A stretch of DNA of 64,000 nt from a virus. The DNA lies in the IMG/VR virus record IMGVR_UViG_3300043775_001610, positions 1-64,000 of that record, one strand, 5' to 3'. Below the pieces are notes generated by a model, which ran no database searches, had not been told where the DNA came from, and was given only the letters and a program-made list of their open reading frames with translations. Positions 34,465 through 44,650 of this stretch are shown here, in pieces (position 1 is the first letter of the stretch; every line of letters starts with the position of its first letter). A program made the position numbers and the translations under genes.

Positions 34465-35181
34465 ATGAAAAGCGAAGAATTATTTGATAAGGTGTATTAC
34501 TACACGGATGTTATAAAGGAGCCTAAAAAGCTTGTTGATTTAATCGAATCAACAGAATCTGATAAATACTCAAGCTTCATCACCCCCTGGGAAGAGTGGG
34601 GTGCATGTAGTGGACAAATGTACATTTATGGATCACACAAAAGAATAAAGTGTTTGTCTTCTGAAGATATAGAAAAAAATATATCCGAAGATGTTATAGA
34701 TGATTGCAACTATATTTTCAATGAGATATTTGATGGTATGAAAAATGTCTGTGAAGATTATGCTTCAAAAATCGGTGATGATGCTGAGATAATTTTAATG
34801 ACAGATACAGCAATTAAGAAATACATGCCTGGAACTTTTATGGGATCCCACTTTGATCAGCAGGAGGGGGATAGAAGACTTAGGTATTCTATGGTAATGT
34901 ATTTAAATGATGATTACGAAGGCGGAGAAATATCTTTTAATGTAAAAGATGGAGTATTGACTTCTACAGATGATGCCGCTGCAGAAGATTTTGATAGCCC
35001 ACTTAATCATGATAGAATTATGTTTCACGTTAAGCCGAAGGCTGGAAGCGTAATAATCTTTCCTTCAACAGATCCATATAGTCATACAGCACACCTTATA
35101 AAAGGCGGATCTAAGTATATGGTCCCTTCGTTTTGGCTTAACACTGGTAAATTCGTAGATGGCGTTTTTATTCCAAACTAG
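34465..35181 (+). CDS. 2OG-Fe(II) oxygenase
   Basis: MG.HFD...YLNDDYEGGEISF...KPKAGS.IIFPS..PY.HTAH...G.KY; close paralog of 33610. Confidence 0.88.
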   Translation: MKSEELFDKVYYYTDVIKEPKKLVDLIESTESDKYSSFITPWEEWGACSGQMYIYGSHKRIKCLSSEDIEKNISEDVIDDCNYIFNEIFDGMKNVCEDYASKIGDDAEIILMTDTAIKKYMPGTFMGSHFDQQEGDRRLRYSMVMYLNDDYEGGEISFNVKDGVLTSTDDAAAEDFDSPLNHDRIMFHVKPKAGSVIIFPSTDPYSHTAHLIKGGSKYMVPSFWLNTGKFVDGVFIPN

Positions 35182-35193
35182 AAAGAGTTAATT

Positions 35194-35739
35194 ATGGCAA
35201 TGTACGTTTTTCAAGAAATTGCACCAAAGACATTTTATTTTACATATTGTCTTCAAGAGATTGGGAACTATATAAGCTTCCTTGAAGAAAGCGAAAAGAA
35301 TCCAAGTAATTTAATTAGTCAGTGGCAAGACACAGAGTATGGATATGAGAAGAAGGTATCTTCTGATTTTTCTAACGAGTCTGGTCCAGTAGACACTCGT
35401 AGCCTTTTTATTATTAATAACTTGAAGGCGACATTCCATCACTGTTTTAGTCAGTATAAGATATTTAACAATATAGAAGAAGAAGTTAATCTAAGCACCG
35501 ACTATTTTGTAAGAAAACATAATGAAGGACAAGTAAAAAATAATTGTGGAGCAAAGGGCAAGTATACTGCTAGACTATATATTAACGATTCTTTTTCTGG
35601 TGGAGAAATTTCAATACCTGGAAAGCCTAAGTTTAAGCCAGAGGCAGGCAGCATAATTATCTCTCCATCAGATGTACAGGTGACAGCAGAACCAGCAAAT
35701 GGTAATTCAAGATACATTGCAATAGGTCATTGGGTTTAA
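35194..35739 (+). CDS. degenerate 2OG-Fe(II) oxygenase-fold protein lacking metal ligands
   Basis: LYINDSFSGGEI...FKPEAGSIII.PS...RY retained; no HxD or distal His. Confidence 0.7.
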   Translation: MAMYVFQEIAPKTFYFTYCLQEIGNYISFLEESEKNPSNLISQWQDTEYGYEKKVSSDFSNESGPVDTRSLFIINNLKATFHHCFSQYKIFNNIEEEVNLSTDYFVRKHNEGQVKNNCGAKGKYTARLYINDSFSGGEISIPGKPKFKPEAGSIIISPSDVQVTAEPANGNSRYIAIGHWV

Positions 35740-35765
35740 TTCCCACCCTCTGATATAATTAAAAG

Positions 35766-37526
35766 ATGTCATACTACCTAGATGTAATAAAAGATTCTCC
35801 GATTGGCTTGTGGAAGTTAGATGAGCTTTCTGGGTCTATTGCTTATGATATTTCTGGTTGCGACAATCATGCATCTTACGTAGGTCAGATAGTTAAATTT
35901 GGAATGCCAATCGTATCGGGTGGAAACCATTCAAATAAAATTGATAGTTCTAATTATATACAGTTTACTATATCAAAAGACTTTTCTGGGACAAATGGAA
36001 CTGGAGGATTTGCAACATCGGATACTTACGATAATGATTTCTCCCTTGAAGCATGGATTCATCCCAAAACATTAACATCTCTTACGCCAATTTTAGCAGA
36101 TTCTTCTGGGATTGGATTATATTGGGATAACGGAAATGTTGTATTTAAATTAGAATCCGAAAGAATTGATTATTCTGTGCCTAATCCAAATAGAGTTATT
36201 CATGTCGTTGGAGTTTACTCTATAAGATCAATGAGTCTTTATGTAGATGGGCTACTTGTAGCAACGCAAAGTGTATCTAATAAATTTACAAATACCAGCG
36301 TTACTCTTTTATCTGGACCGACTACTGCTGGTCAATATTTCTTAATCGACAGTCCAGCTGTGTACAGGTACGCCTTGTCTAACAAATCTATATCTTCACA
36401 CTATAATAATTTGTTTTTAGACAAAGATGAGCAAATTGTTGTCCCAGATTTTGGTCAGCTACTTGTTGTTTCAGAAAAACATTACAATCCAGAAACAGAA
36501 TATCTTTATCCAGAAAGAGAAAGTTGGAGGTCCCTATCTTTTGATAGTACCAACCTTTCTTACAATGAAAAAAATAATAGTTTATGCTTAAGCTCTGGAT
36601 CTTCTGGAGAAATGATAAAAGTTTTAGGTTTAAATATTATAAAGCCTTATGTGTCTTCAAAGATTGATTGGGTTGCCTCTACTGGAGTTTCTATTTATGT
36701 TTCAGATGTTTCTGAGGCTGGGCCATGGAGCATATGTACAAATGGATCCTCTATACCAGGATTTACACAAGGGTCTAACTTTTCTACAAAAAAAATTCTA
36801 TATTTTAAAATTCAATTTGCTTCTTCAAATTTAAATATTTATATGCCAGAGTTATACTCCTTAAAAATTTCTTTTTACAATGAGAAAAAGGTGTTTGCAC
36901 ATAATGGGGGCAATATCCTATCGGTGCCACAGCCAACATCTGGATCCACTTGGGATGTAGATTTGTCAAGCAATAGCTATCCAGTAAGAACTAAAAATTA
37001 TTATAATGGAGTTAGGCCTAAATCCTCAGTGTTTTGCGTAAGCTTATCAGAAGAAGCAAAAAGCTTAGAGATGATATTTACCCCCAAGTCCCTGTCTAGC
37101 GGATTTCTTTTATTTAATAAAACTGGTCTAGTTGAAACCTACCTATCCTGGTCGGCTAACGGCGACATAACAAAATCAAATATTAGTAGCATATATATAA
37201 ATGGGCAAGATATATCCTCAGCAACTAACATTTCTTCTTATCTATATTTAGATGATCCAAACTATATATTTATTAAGGCCTCCTCTTTGTTTTCTGGAGA
37301 ATTATGGTTAAACGGCAAACAATTATTAGGGGTAAGGTCTGGAGTTCTAGACGACAACTTATACCAAAATATTGCCACCTATCTGTCAGACACGATCAAC
37401 CCATCTGAGCATTATAATCTTTATATTGGAAAATCAGCAGCAATTGGCCAGGGTTCGTCTATATCGATGACAGAAGAGTCTGTTTCTACGTACTCTAGAG
37501 ACAGGGTTGTGTTCCAAATCATATAA
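35766..37526 (+). CDS. LamG/concanavalin-A-like domain virion protein
   Basis: D.P.GLW.LDE.SG..A.D.SG..N; FSLEAWI; HVVGVY.....LYVDG; D..AVY..AL; leaderless start. Confidence 0.75.
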   Translation: MSYYLDVIKDSPIGLWKLDELSGSIAYDISGCDNHASYVGQIVKFGMPIVSGGNHSNKIDSSNYIQFTISKDFSGTNGTGGFATSDTYDNDFSLEAWIHPKTLTSLTPILADSSGIGLYWDNGNVVFKLESERIDYSVPNPNRVIHVVGVYSIRSMSLYVDGLLVATQSVSNKFTNTSVTLLSGPTTAGQYFLIDSPAVYRYALSNKSISSHYNNLFLDKDEQIVVPDFGQLLVVSEKHYNPETEYLYPERESWRSLSFDSTNLSYNEKNNSLCLSSGSSGEMIKVLGLNIIKPYVSSKIDWVASTGVSIYVSDVSEAGPWSICTNGSSIPGFTQGSNFSTKKILYFKIQFASSNLNIYMPELYSLKISFYNEKKVFAHNGGNILSVPQPTSGSTWDVDLSSNSYPVRTKNYYNGVRPKSSVFCVSLSEEAKSLEMIFTPKSLSSGFLLFNKTGLVETYLSWSANGDITKSNISSIYINGQDISSATNISSYLYLDDPNYIFIKASSLFSGELWLNGKQLLGVRSGVLDDNLYQNIATYLSDTINPSEHYNLYIGKSAAIGQGSSISMTEESVSTYSRDRVVFQII

Positions 37527-37589
37527 TTTTGTCAGGCTAGATGACAAAAAGCTGGACTTATGTCTACAAAGATGGTAAAATAATTAACT

Positions 37590-37934
37590 ATGGATATAAA
37601 AAGAATTAATGCTCAAATGAAGTCTGGTGAAACCAGGCTTGGGGTTTATGTATGGGAAATGCCTGACGGACGTTGGGTTGGCGACGAAGACAATAACTTT
37701 TTATCCATACAATCAATGATAGGTAATAAAGAGAGAATTGCCCTTTTAGCTTCAGCTGTAGCACACTATGGAATTGATGTTGGTCAGCCTAAGTTTATTG
37801 AAGGAAGCCGACAAATTGATGAAGAAGAATTCGAGTACCAAAAGCAAAGATTAAGATGGGGATTGACTCCAGATCCATTAGACATTGGTGTTCATAAAGA
37901 AGAGATGGCTAGACTGAATGGTGGTAAAAAATGA
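37590..37934 (+). CDS. phage protein upstream of portal
   Basis: G.YVWEMPDG.W.GD...FL.I...Q..R..WGL.PDP.D; leaderless start. Confidence 0.75.
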   Translation: MDIKRINAQMKSGETRLGVYVWEMPDGRWVGDEDNNFLSIQSMIGNKERIALLASAVAHYGIDVGQPKFIEGSRQIDEEEFEYQKQRLRWGLTPDPLDIGVHKEEMARLNGGKK

Positions 37935-39511
37935 AAGAATATGAAGAGAATTTAGTTTCTAACAATGTAGAGATATCTAATGTTGCGGATTGGATGAGAT
38001 TTAGCAATCCTACAACACAAAAATCTGACGACTTGTTTGATATAGATGCCGAAGAAGTTTTAAAGCTATCGGGCCTTGGGGCATCATTTAGAAGAAAAGT
38101 ATCTAGAGATATTCAGAAAGCATTTACTGGTAAAGATGGATCTGTAAGCCAGCAACTTCAGCACCAACAAGCAGTTAGCGGATACGCGACCTTTGACTTA
38201 ATTCAGCCAGAATACAACCTTGACTATTTGTCAACAATTTATGAAATTTCTCCATATAACTATGCAGCCATAAATGCAAAAGTTGCAAATATTGTCGGAC
38301 TAGGATTTGATTTTATCGAGTCAAAAAAGACAACAGATGCACTAGACGAAATTACCGATGAGAAGCAATTAGAAAGAGCACGTAAAAAGCTAAATAGAAT
38401 TAAGCAAGACTTGCACAGATGGCTTGAAGATTGCAATGAAGATGAAACTTTCAAGGAAACTCTTATCAAGTTCTACACCGACATAGAGGCTACTGGTAAT
38501 GGCTATCTGGAGGTCGGTAGAACGACAACTGGTAAGATTGGGTACATCGGCCATATCCCTTCAAAGACAATGCGTGTAAGACGCCTTAGAGACGGTTTTA
38601 TACAGCTTCTTTATGGCAAGGCGGTATACTTTAGAAACTTCGGGGACACAGAAACAATAAACCCTATAGCAGGTCAAGAAGATAGACCTAATGAAATTAT
38701 TCACTTGAAGAAGTACACCCCAAAGAATAACTATTACGGAATCCCAGATATTATTGCTGCACAAAATGCAATGGCTGGAAATGAATTTGCTGGTAAATAT
38801 AACCTAGACTATTTTGAAAATAAGGCAGTCCCACGATATATCATTACAGTTAAGGGAGCAAAGCTTTCTACAGAATCTGAAAGAAAACTACTTGAATTTT
38901 TCCAGGTTGGGCTAAAGGGCAAAAACCACAGATCTTTGTATATCCCTCTGCCACCAGACTCTCCAGACTCAAAAACTGAATTTAAAATGGAGCCAATTGA
39001 GGCAGGAGCGCAAGAAGGCTCATTTGAAAAATATAGAAATTCAAATAGAGATGAAATCCTAATGGCTCATAGAGTTCCAATTAATAAAATTGGAACTCCA
39101 GCTGGAATAAACTTAGCCGCAGCTAGAGATGCAGACAAGACATTTAAGGAGCAGGTTTGCCTTCCAGCACAACAAAATCTAGAAAAGAAATTAAATAAAA
39201 TAATTCAAGAAATGACTGATGCCTTGGAGCTTAAGTTCAACGAGCTTTCCTTGACCGATGCAGATACTCAGTCTAAGATCGATGAAAGATATCTTAGATT
39301 CCAGGTAATTACTCCAAATGAAATTAGGGTAAGAATGGGAATGGTTCCAAGAGAAGGCGGGGATGTCCCAGTAGATCTTGCAGCCCAAGCAGCCGAAGTT
39401 AAGGCTCAGGCAAATCAAAGCAGAGCTCGTGACCAAGAAAGGTCAGCAAATTCTCCAGATAAATCGGGTGAAGGCAGAAATGCTAAGGGAGATGGAAGAC
39501 AAGTCAACTAG
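37931..39511 (+). CDS. portal protein (PBSX-like)
   Basis: D.E.TGNGYLE.GR; NEIIH.K......YYG.PD; YF.N.AVP; EIL.AH.VP..K; TPNE.R. Confidence 0.92.
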   Translation: MKEYEENLVSNNVEISNVADWMRFSNPTTQKSDDLFDIDAEEVLKLSGLGASFRRKVSRDIQKAFTGKDGSVSQQLQHQQAVSGYATFDLIQPEYNLDYLSTIYEISPYNYAAINAKVANIVGLGFDFIESKKTTDALDEITDEKQLERARKKLNRIKQDLHRWLEDCNEDETFKETLIKFYTDIEATGNGYLEVGRTTTGKIGYIGHIPSKTMRVRRLRDGFIQLLYGKAVYFRNFGDTETINPIAGQEDRPNEIIHLKKYTPKNNYYGIPDIIAAQNAMAGNEFAGKYNLDYFENKAVPRYIITVKGAKLSTESERKLLEFFQVGLKGKNHRSLYIPLPPDSPDSKTEFKMEPIEAGAQEGSFEKYRNSNRDEILMAHRVPINKIGTPAGINLAAARDADKTFKEQVCLPAQQNLEKKLNKIIQEMTDALELKFNELSLTDADTQSKIDERYLRFQVITPNEIRVRMGMVPREGGDVPVDLAAQAAEVKAQANQSRARDQERSANSPDKSGEGRNAKGDGRQVN

Positions 39512-39567
39512 TCCTACTCAACTAGTTATTTGCCTTTTGATACAACAATCTCTATAATATATAACAT

Positions 39568-40881
39568 ATGATCATAGAAAAGTCACATTGGTCTTCTAAT
39601 GGAAATGCTATTAATTTATCAGTTCCTTTTACGAAGGTCAACAGAGAAAAAAGAACAGTCTCAGGTTTTGCAACATTAGATAACCTGGATCAGACTGGTG
39701 ATGTCGTTACCCAAGAAGCTAGCATGAAAGCGTTTGAAAGCTTTAGAGGTAATCTAAGAGAGATGCATCAACCTCTTGCAGTTGGTAAGGTTGCATCATT
39801 CAGACCAGAAACCTTTTATGATCCAACAACAAAAGAGTTTTACAATGGAGTTTATGTAGACGCTTATATCTCAAAAGGCGCACAAGACACATGGGAAAAA
39901 GTTTTGGACGGGACCTTAACAGGATTTTCAATCGGCGGAAAGATTCTTGATTCAGAAAACGAAGTAAACAAATCAACAGGAGCATCAGTAAGATTTATTA
40001 AAGATTACGCACTAGTTGAATTATCAATCGTTGATTCACCAGCAAATGAACTATGTAACATTCTATCTATTGAAAAAGTAAACGGACAAATGATTTTTAA
40101 AGGCATCGCAGCAGATGTTAAAATGGAAAATATTTTTTATTGTGCAGATAGTGATTCTGTTTTTATGTCAACAGAATCAGAATACCTTTCTCCAGTTACT
40201 GGTAAAAAAACAGAACTAATTGGATGGGTAGAATCAAACGACGTAAACAAAGCAAAAGAAATAGAGAAGATTCTTGATTCACGTAGATCAAGATTGCAAA
40301 CATTGCCTGACAACACAAACATAAATATGGCAATTGCAGAAGGAGGAAATGAAGTGGAAAAGCTTAATGTAACAGAAGCAACTCCAGTAGTAGAAGAAGC
40401 AGTTGTAGAAACACCTGCAGAAATTATTGAAGAAGTTGCACCAGTAGAACAAGAGTCTGCTGAAGTTGTAGCTGAAGTAACTTCTGCCGAAGTTCTGGAA
40501 AAATCAGCAGAACTAACAGAACAGGAATCACCTGACTTTGTTAAGATGCTAGGCGACCTTAAGGGTTTCTTCTCAGAGACTTTGGAAAAGGCCTCTGAGG
40601 CAAACGCTGCTCAGGTTTCAACAATCAAGGAGACAGTCGAAGCTTTTAGCAAGAATGTTGATTTGAGAATTTCAGAATTAGCAGAGAAGCACACAGAACT
40701 CTCAACAGCAGTTGATTCAATTAAGTCCATCATGGACACAGTTGAAAAAAGAGTAGACGCAGTAGAATCAGACACTGCAATTAAGAAGTCCTCTGACCTT
40801 GGCGGGTCAACAGGAGTAACAATCAAAAAATCAAAATGGAACGGCACTTTCCTCGGTTCCGTTAGCGAATTAACAAAATAA
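39568..40881 (+). CDS. prohead protease with C-terminal scaffold region
   Basis: R.VSGFAT.D..D..GD; REMH; G.LTGFSIGG; ELS.VD.PAN; acidic coiled-coil tail. Confidence 0.88.
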   Translation: MIIEKSHWSSNGNAINLSVPFTKVNREKRTVSGFATLDNLDQTGDVVTQEASMKAFESFRGNLREMHQPLAVGKVASFRPETFYDPTTKEFYNGVYVDAYISKGAQDTWEKVLDGTLTGFSIGGKILDSENEVNKSTGASVRFIKDYALVELSIVDSPANELCNILSIEKVNGQMIFKGIAADVKMENIFYCADSDSVFMSTESEYLSPVTGKKTELIGWVESNDVNKAKEIEKILDSRRSRLQTLPDNTNINMAIAEGGNEVEKLNVTEATPVVEEAVVETPAEIIEEVAPVEQESAEVVAEVTSAEVLEKSAELTEQESPDFVKMLGDLKGFFSETLEKASEANAAQVSTIKETVEAFSKNVDLRISELAEKHTELSTAVDSIKSIMDTVEKRVDAVESDTAIKKSSDLGGSTGVTIKKSKWNGTFLGSVSELTK

Positions 40882-40899
40882 GGGTATGGTGAAAAACTA

Positions 40900-41949
40900 A
40901 TGAGTAATGAACTATTAGCAAAAGCAGCTGAAGCAGGCACAACACTAACAGGTGGAATGACTGGCGCAGCAAACCCTACCGACGGAATTCACGTAGGTTC
41001 CGAGGGTAAGGGAGGCTTGCTCAATCCTGAGCAATCCGCAAGATTCCTAGATTACATGTTCGATGCAACAGTAATCGGTAAGGTAGCACGTACAGTTCGA
41101 ATGAGAGCTGACACTACAGAGATTGATCGTATCGGCGTCGGAGAGAAGCTTATGAAGCTTGCATCCGAAGCAGAGAACACTGGCTCAAACGCAGCAGTAC
41201 AGTTCTCAAAGATTTCTCTCACAACAAAGAAGCTTCGCCTAGATTGGGAACTTTCAACTGAGTCTCTAGAAGACAACATTGAAGGTGCAGATCTAGAAGA
41301 TCACATTGCAAGACTGATGGCAACACAGGCTGGTAATGACCTAGAGGACGTAGTCCTTAACGGTAACACAGCTCTATCTTCAGATAACCTATACAAGGCA
41401 TTTGATGGTATTGTCAAGATTGCAAAGACAAATGGTCGTGTAGTAGCTGGAGCGGGCGCAAACGTGTCTCGTGACATCTTCAACAAGGCACTAAAGGCTA
41501 TGCCACGTAAGTACAAGCAGCGTCGTCCAGACCTACGCTTCCTTGCAGGCTCAAACCTAATTCAAGACTACTTGTACTCAACATCACAGAACATCCAGAA
41601 CGTTAACCCACAAGATATTGCTTCAAGCATTATCCGTGGAGACCAGGGTGGTCTAGGTGGTCCAGCAGGATATGTGGCACCATTCGCATTTGGTATTCCA
41701 ATTGTTGAAGTTCCACTACTTAAGGAAACACAGACAGGTTCATATGCAACACCAACAGGAGAGCACGGAGACGTCCACTTGACATTCCCAAATAACGTTG
41801 TTATTGGTATCAAGCGTGATGTAACTGTTTACCGCTTCTTCTGGCCAAAGAAGGACTCAATCGAATATACAATGTATACTCGTGTGGGTACCCAAATTGA
41901 GCAGGCAGATGCATGGGTAGTCGTAAAAGACGTTAAGGTTGCTTCTTAA
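40900..41949 (+). CDS. major capsid protein (HK97 fold)
   Basis: GGLL.PEQ..RF.D; L.TKK.RL.WE.S.E.LEDNIEG; D.ED...NG; position after protease. Confidence 0.92.
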   Translation: MSNELLAKAAEAGTTLTGGMTGAANPTDGIHVGSEGKGGLLNPEQSARFLDYMFDATVIGKVARTVRMRADTTEIDRIGVGEKLMKLASEAENTGSNAAVQFSKISLTTKKLRLDWELSTESLEDNIEGADLEDHIARLMATQAGNDLEDVVLNGNTALSSDNLYKAFDGIVKIAKTNGRVVAGAGANVSRDIFNKALKAMPRKYKQRRPDLRFLAGSNLIQDYLYSTSQNIQNVNPQDIASSIIRGDQGGLGGPAGYVAPFAFGIPIVEVPLLKETQTGSYATPTGEHGDVHLTFPNNVVIGIKRDVTVYRFFWPKKDSIEYTMYTRVGTQIEQADAWVVVKDVKVAS

Positions 41950-41971
41950 TTAAATAAGAAATAACTACCGA

Positions 41972-42000
41972 AAGGCCCCCAATTAATTTTGGGGGCTTTT
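41972..42000 (+). terminator. rho-independent terminator after capsid gene
   Basis: GCCCCCAA-TTAATT-TTGGGGGC-TTTT. Confidence 0.8.
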
Positions 42001-42052
42001 CATTTTAATTTTATAGTGCTATAATTTATATACATACCAAAGGAGTATACAC

Positions 42053-42451
42053 ATGTCATTTGACACACTTAAGGTCAAAGATCTAAAGACATTAGCAGCG
42101 GACTTCGCAGTTGATGTTGATGGACTAAAAAATAAAGCAGATGTTATTGCAGCCCTAACAGAAGAAGGAGTAACTTGGTCAGTTTATCAAGGTACACTCA
42201 AAAACATAGAGAACGCAAAAGAAGATGCAGATGAAATTCTTCCTAGACTTGATCCAAATCAAAAGCTTGATGAAGATATGGTTCTTGTAAAGATGGATCG
42301 ACCAAACTACAGATATGATGCACTTGGATTTACATTCACGATTGAGCACCCATTTGTAGCAATGAAGCCAGATTTGGCTCAAGAAATTTTTGATAAGGAG
42401 GAAGGGTTTAGATTGGCTACACCTAGAGAAGTACAGGAGTACTACAACTAA
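42053..42451 (+). CDS. head-region protein with N-terminal HeH/Rho-N-like motif
   Basis: LKVKDLK.LA....V.....K.DVI.AL; F.LATP.EV.EYY. Confidence 0.65.
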   Translation: MSFDTLKVKDLKTLAADFAVDVDGLKNKADVIAALTEEGVTWSVYQGTLKNIENAKEDADEILPRLDPNQKLDEDMVLVKMDRPNYRYDALGFTFTIEHPFVAMKPDLAQEIFDKEEGFRLATPREVQEYYN

Positions 42452-42460
42452 GCCTAATAC

Positions 42461-43444
42461 ATGGCAGAGATATACATAAACACAAGCACGGCAGCAACAA
42501 CAAAACTTTACGTAAAAGGTGAAGCTGTAACGCCAACATCATCAGTAGTTGTAAAATTCTATGACATAACTGGAGATCCGCTTGTTTCACCACAAATTAG
42601 CCCCTCATCGATTGTTGCAACTGTAACAGCAGAAGCAAGCGAAGTTGATCAAGGATCCTTTAGTGCTTATCTGCCAGTGCAGCATGCAACAAGAAATAGA
42701 AAGTTTAAGTTAGTATGGGATTGGCAGTTCAACTCAGTTGAATACTCCACTACAACTTACCTAGATGTTGTTACTCCATACGTTGATATTCAAGAGGCAG
42801 CTCAAGAGATGGGTCTTGGTTCAGATGCAAATGATCCAAGTCATAAAACATACCAGGAATTAAAGCTAGCGGAAAGATATGCTAGAAACATAATTGATGG
42901 ACATACTGGGCAAAAGTTTTATTTGCATGATGATAGCTTTTTTACGATAGGAAGTGATTCAGATACACTTTCAATGCCTAAAAAAATAAATCGGCTACAT
43001 ACGCTACATGCCAATGATGAATTGCTTATAGACAATATCAATAACATTAATAATGTTGGAATATCTGTTGAAAATACAGTAAGCGGTTTTGGAATAAGAG
43101 CAAGCCATACATCATTATTAGACAATGATGTATATATTGCAAATGGAATGGTTCCGCCATCTATCAATGATTTATCTCCAAATATTTTTAGAAGATCAAA
43201 GTCGTACAAGGTTTATGCAAGATTTGGTTGGGACTATGTACCAAATGAAATTAGAGATGCAGCAGTTGAACTAATGAAGATGTACTTTGCAAAAGATCGT
43301 ATATGGAGAGAAAGATATGTTAAAAAGATATCTACAACAGACTGGGATTTTGAATATTCTTCAGAGGCGTTTGGCGGAACTGGATCTTCTTACGCAGATA
43401 AACTTCTAGCAGATTATGTTATAACACAAATGGTATTGGTATAA
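42461..43444 (+). CDS. head-to-tail adaptor
   Basis: AE.YAR..I..HTGQ.F; FGWD.VP..I..AA..L; position. Confidence 0.75.
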   Translation: MAEIYINTSTAATTKLYVKGEAVTPTSSVVVKFYDITGDPLVSPQISPSSIVATVTAEASEVDQGSFSAYLPVQHATRNRKFKLVWDWQFNSVEYSTTTYLDVVTPYVDIQEAAQEMGLGSDANDPSHKTYQELKLAERYARNIIDGHTGQKFYLHDDSFFTIGSDSDTLSMPKKINRLHTLHANDELLIDNINNINNVGISVENTVSGFGIRASHTSLLDNDVYIANGMVPPSINDLSPNIFRRSKSYKVYARFGWDYVPNEIRDAAVELMKMYFAKDRIWRERYVKKISTTDWDFEYSSEAFGGTGSSYADKLLADYVITQMVLV

Positions 43445-43869
43445 TGTTTGAAATAGTTGATGGTTTAATGACCATGAAAATGGATGTCTATCGTCAATCT
43501 GAACGGCAAGATCCAAATACTGGTGCAATGGTTAGAGAGTTTTCTTATATAAAAACAATAGACTGCTATGCTAGAGGAGTAATTACAGAAAGCCGAAATA
43601 GATCTAACGATAGCCAAAAGTTTTCAAACAAGTATTCAAATAACCAATATATAGAGGTCAGAACATCTGAAAGGCTAACTGCCAGAGATAAGGTTAAAAA
43701 TATTGTTGATGTTAATGGTAAACCAATTTGGTATGAGTTAAACTATCCAAACGATACCGACACAGTGTTTGATGTTATAGGAACAACTCCAATAGCAGAA
43801 CCATTTGGAAATGTCGTTGGGTATAACTCATCACTACAAAGAGCGGAGAATCAGCAAATTGGCATCTGA
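43444..43869 (+). CDS. head-to-tail stopper/closure protein
   Basis: Size, position, QD..TGA..R....KTI.C. Confidence 0.65.
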   Translation: MFEIVDGLMTMKMDVYRQSERQDPNTGAMVREFSYIKTIDCYARGVITESRNRSNDSQKFSNKYSNNQYIEVRTSERLTARDKVKNIVDVNGKPIWYELNYPNDTDTVFDVIGTTPIAEPFGNVVGYNSSLQRAENQQIGI

Positions 43870-44650
43870 AATTTTAGCTATTAAAGCAGCAAGCGGTCTA
43901 GTTAGCTTAATGTCTAACAAGCCCGCAAGCGGTGCTATAAAAGATAGCACAGTAGCTCAGATATCTGCAGCATTATTTTATAAAACAAATGTTATGGCAA
44001 AGCTAGCATCAAATCCTCAATTTCAATCTGCATTTAGAAATATAATTTTTGATCAGTTGCAAGTTGATTTTGGAGACTACATTGATGCAAAATCAAGAAC
44101 TTCACCAAAGTCTTTTCACCACGTTTATGAGTGGGGTAGAATTGGCGAAGATGAAGCAAGACTATTTAAACTAAAAAAGCTACCAGCAGATGGACTATCT
44201 CTAAAAGTTAATTATGAATTGACTGACTCTAAATCTTTTGTACCATCTGAAAATTCTAATAATAAACATGTCTTTGTAAAAAAGGCTGAAATAATGGAGC
44301 AGGGAAAGACTGTAGTTATTGCTCCAAGATTTTCAGAAAGACTTGTTTTTGATATAGATGGATATACTGTATTCATGCCAAAGGGACAATCGGTTACTGT
44401 TAGAAAGCCAGGCGGAGCGGCAACTAAAAATGCATTTTTTGCACAGTATAGGTATTTCTTTACTGGACAGCTAGTCAACATGTCAATAAAAAAATCGGGA
44501 TTTCAAAGATTATTTAACTCATCATTATCTAGAGCATTAGGTGTTCCAGCACAAGTTAGAACAGTTAAATATAGCTTCTCGCCAAATCAGCTGGCAAATG
44601 AAGCAGAAGCTGCCACATCAGCAGCATTTGCGAGGTTCGTAAATGGCTAA
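43859..44650 (+). CDS. neck/tail completion protein
   Basis: Likely TTG start 43859; HHVYEW...G...ARLF; F..KA..ME.G. Confidence 0.65.
   Translation: MASEILAIKAASGLVSLMSNKPASGAIKDSTVAQISAALFYKTNVMAKLASNPQFQSAFRNIIFDQLQVDFGDYIDAKSRTSPKSFHHVYEWGRIGEDEARLFKLKKLPADGLSLKVNYELTDSKSFVPSENSNNKHVFVKKAEIMEQGKTVVIAPRFSERLVFDIDGYTVFMPKGQSVTVRKPGGAATKNAFFAQYRYFFTGQLVNMSIKKSGFQRLFNSSLSRALGVPAQVRTVKYSFSPNQLANEAEAATSAAFARFVNG

Noticed and set aside
37590-37934. Terminase subunit before the portal
   Set aside because: No Walker motifs or recognisable terminase features; terminase is probably outside the window.
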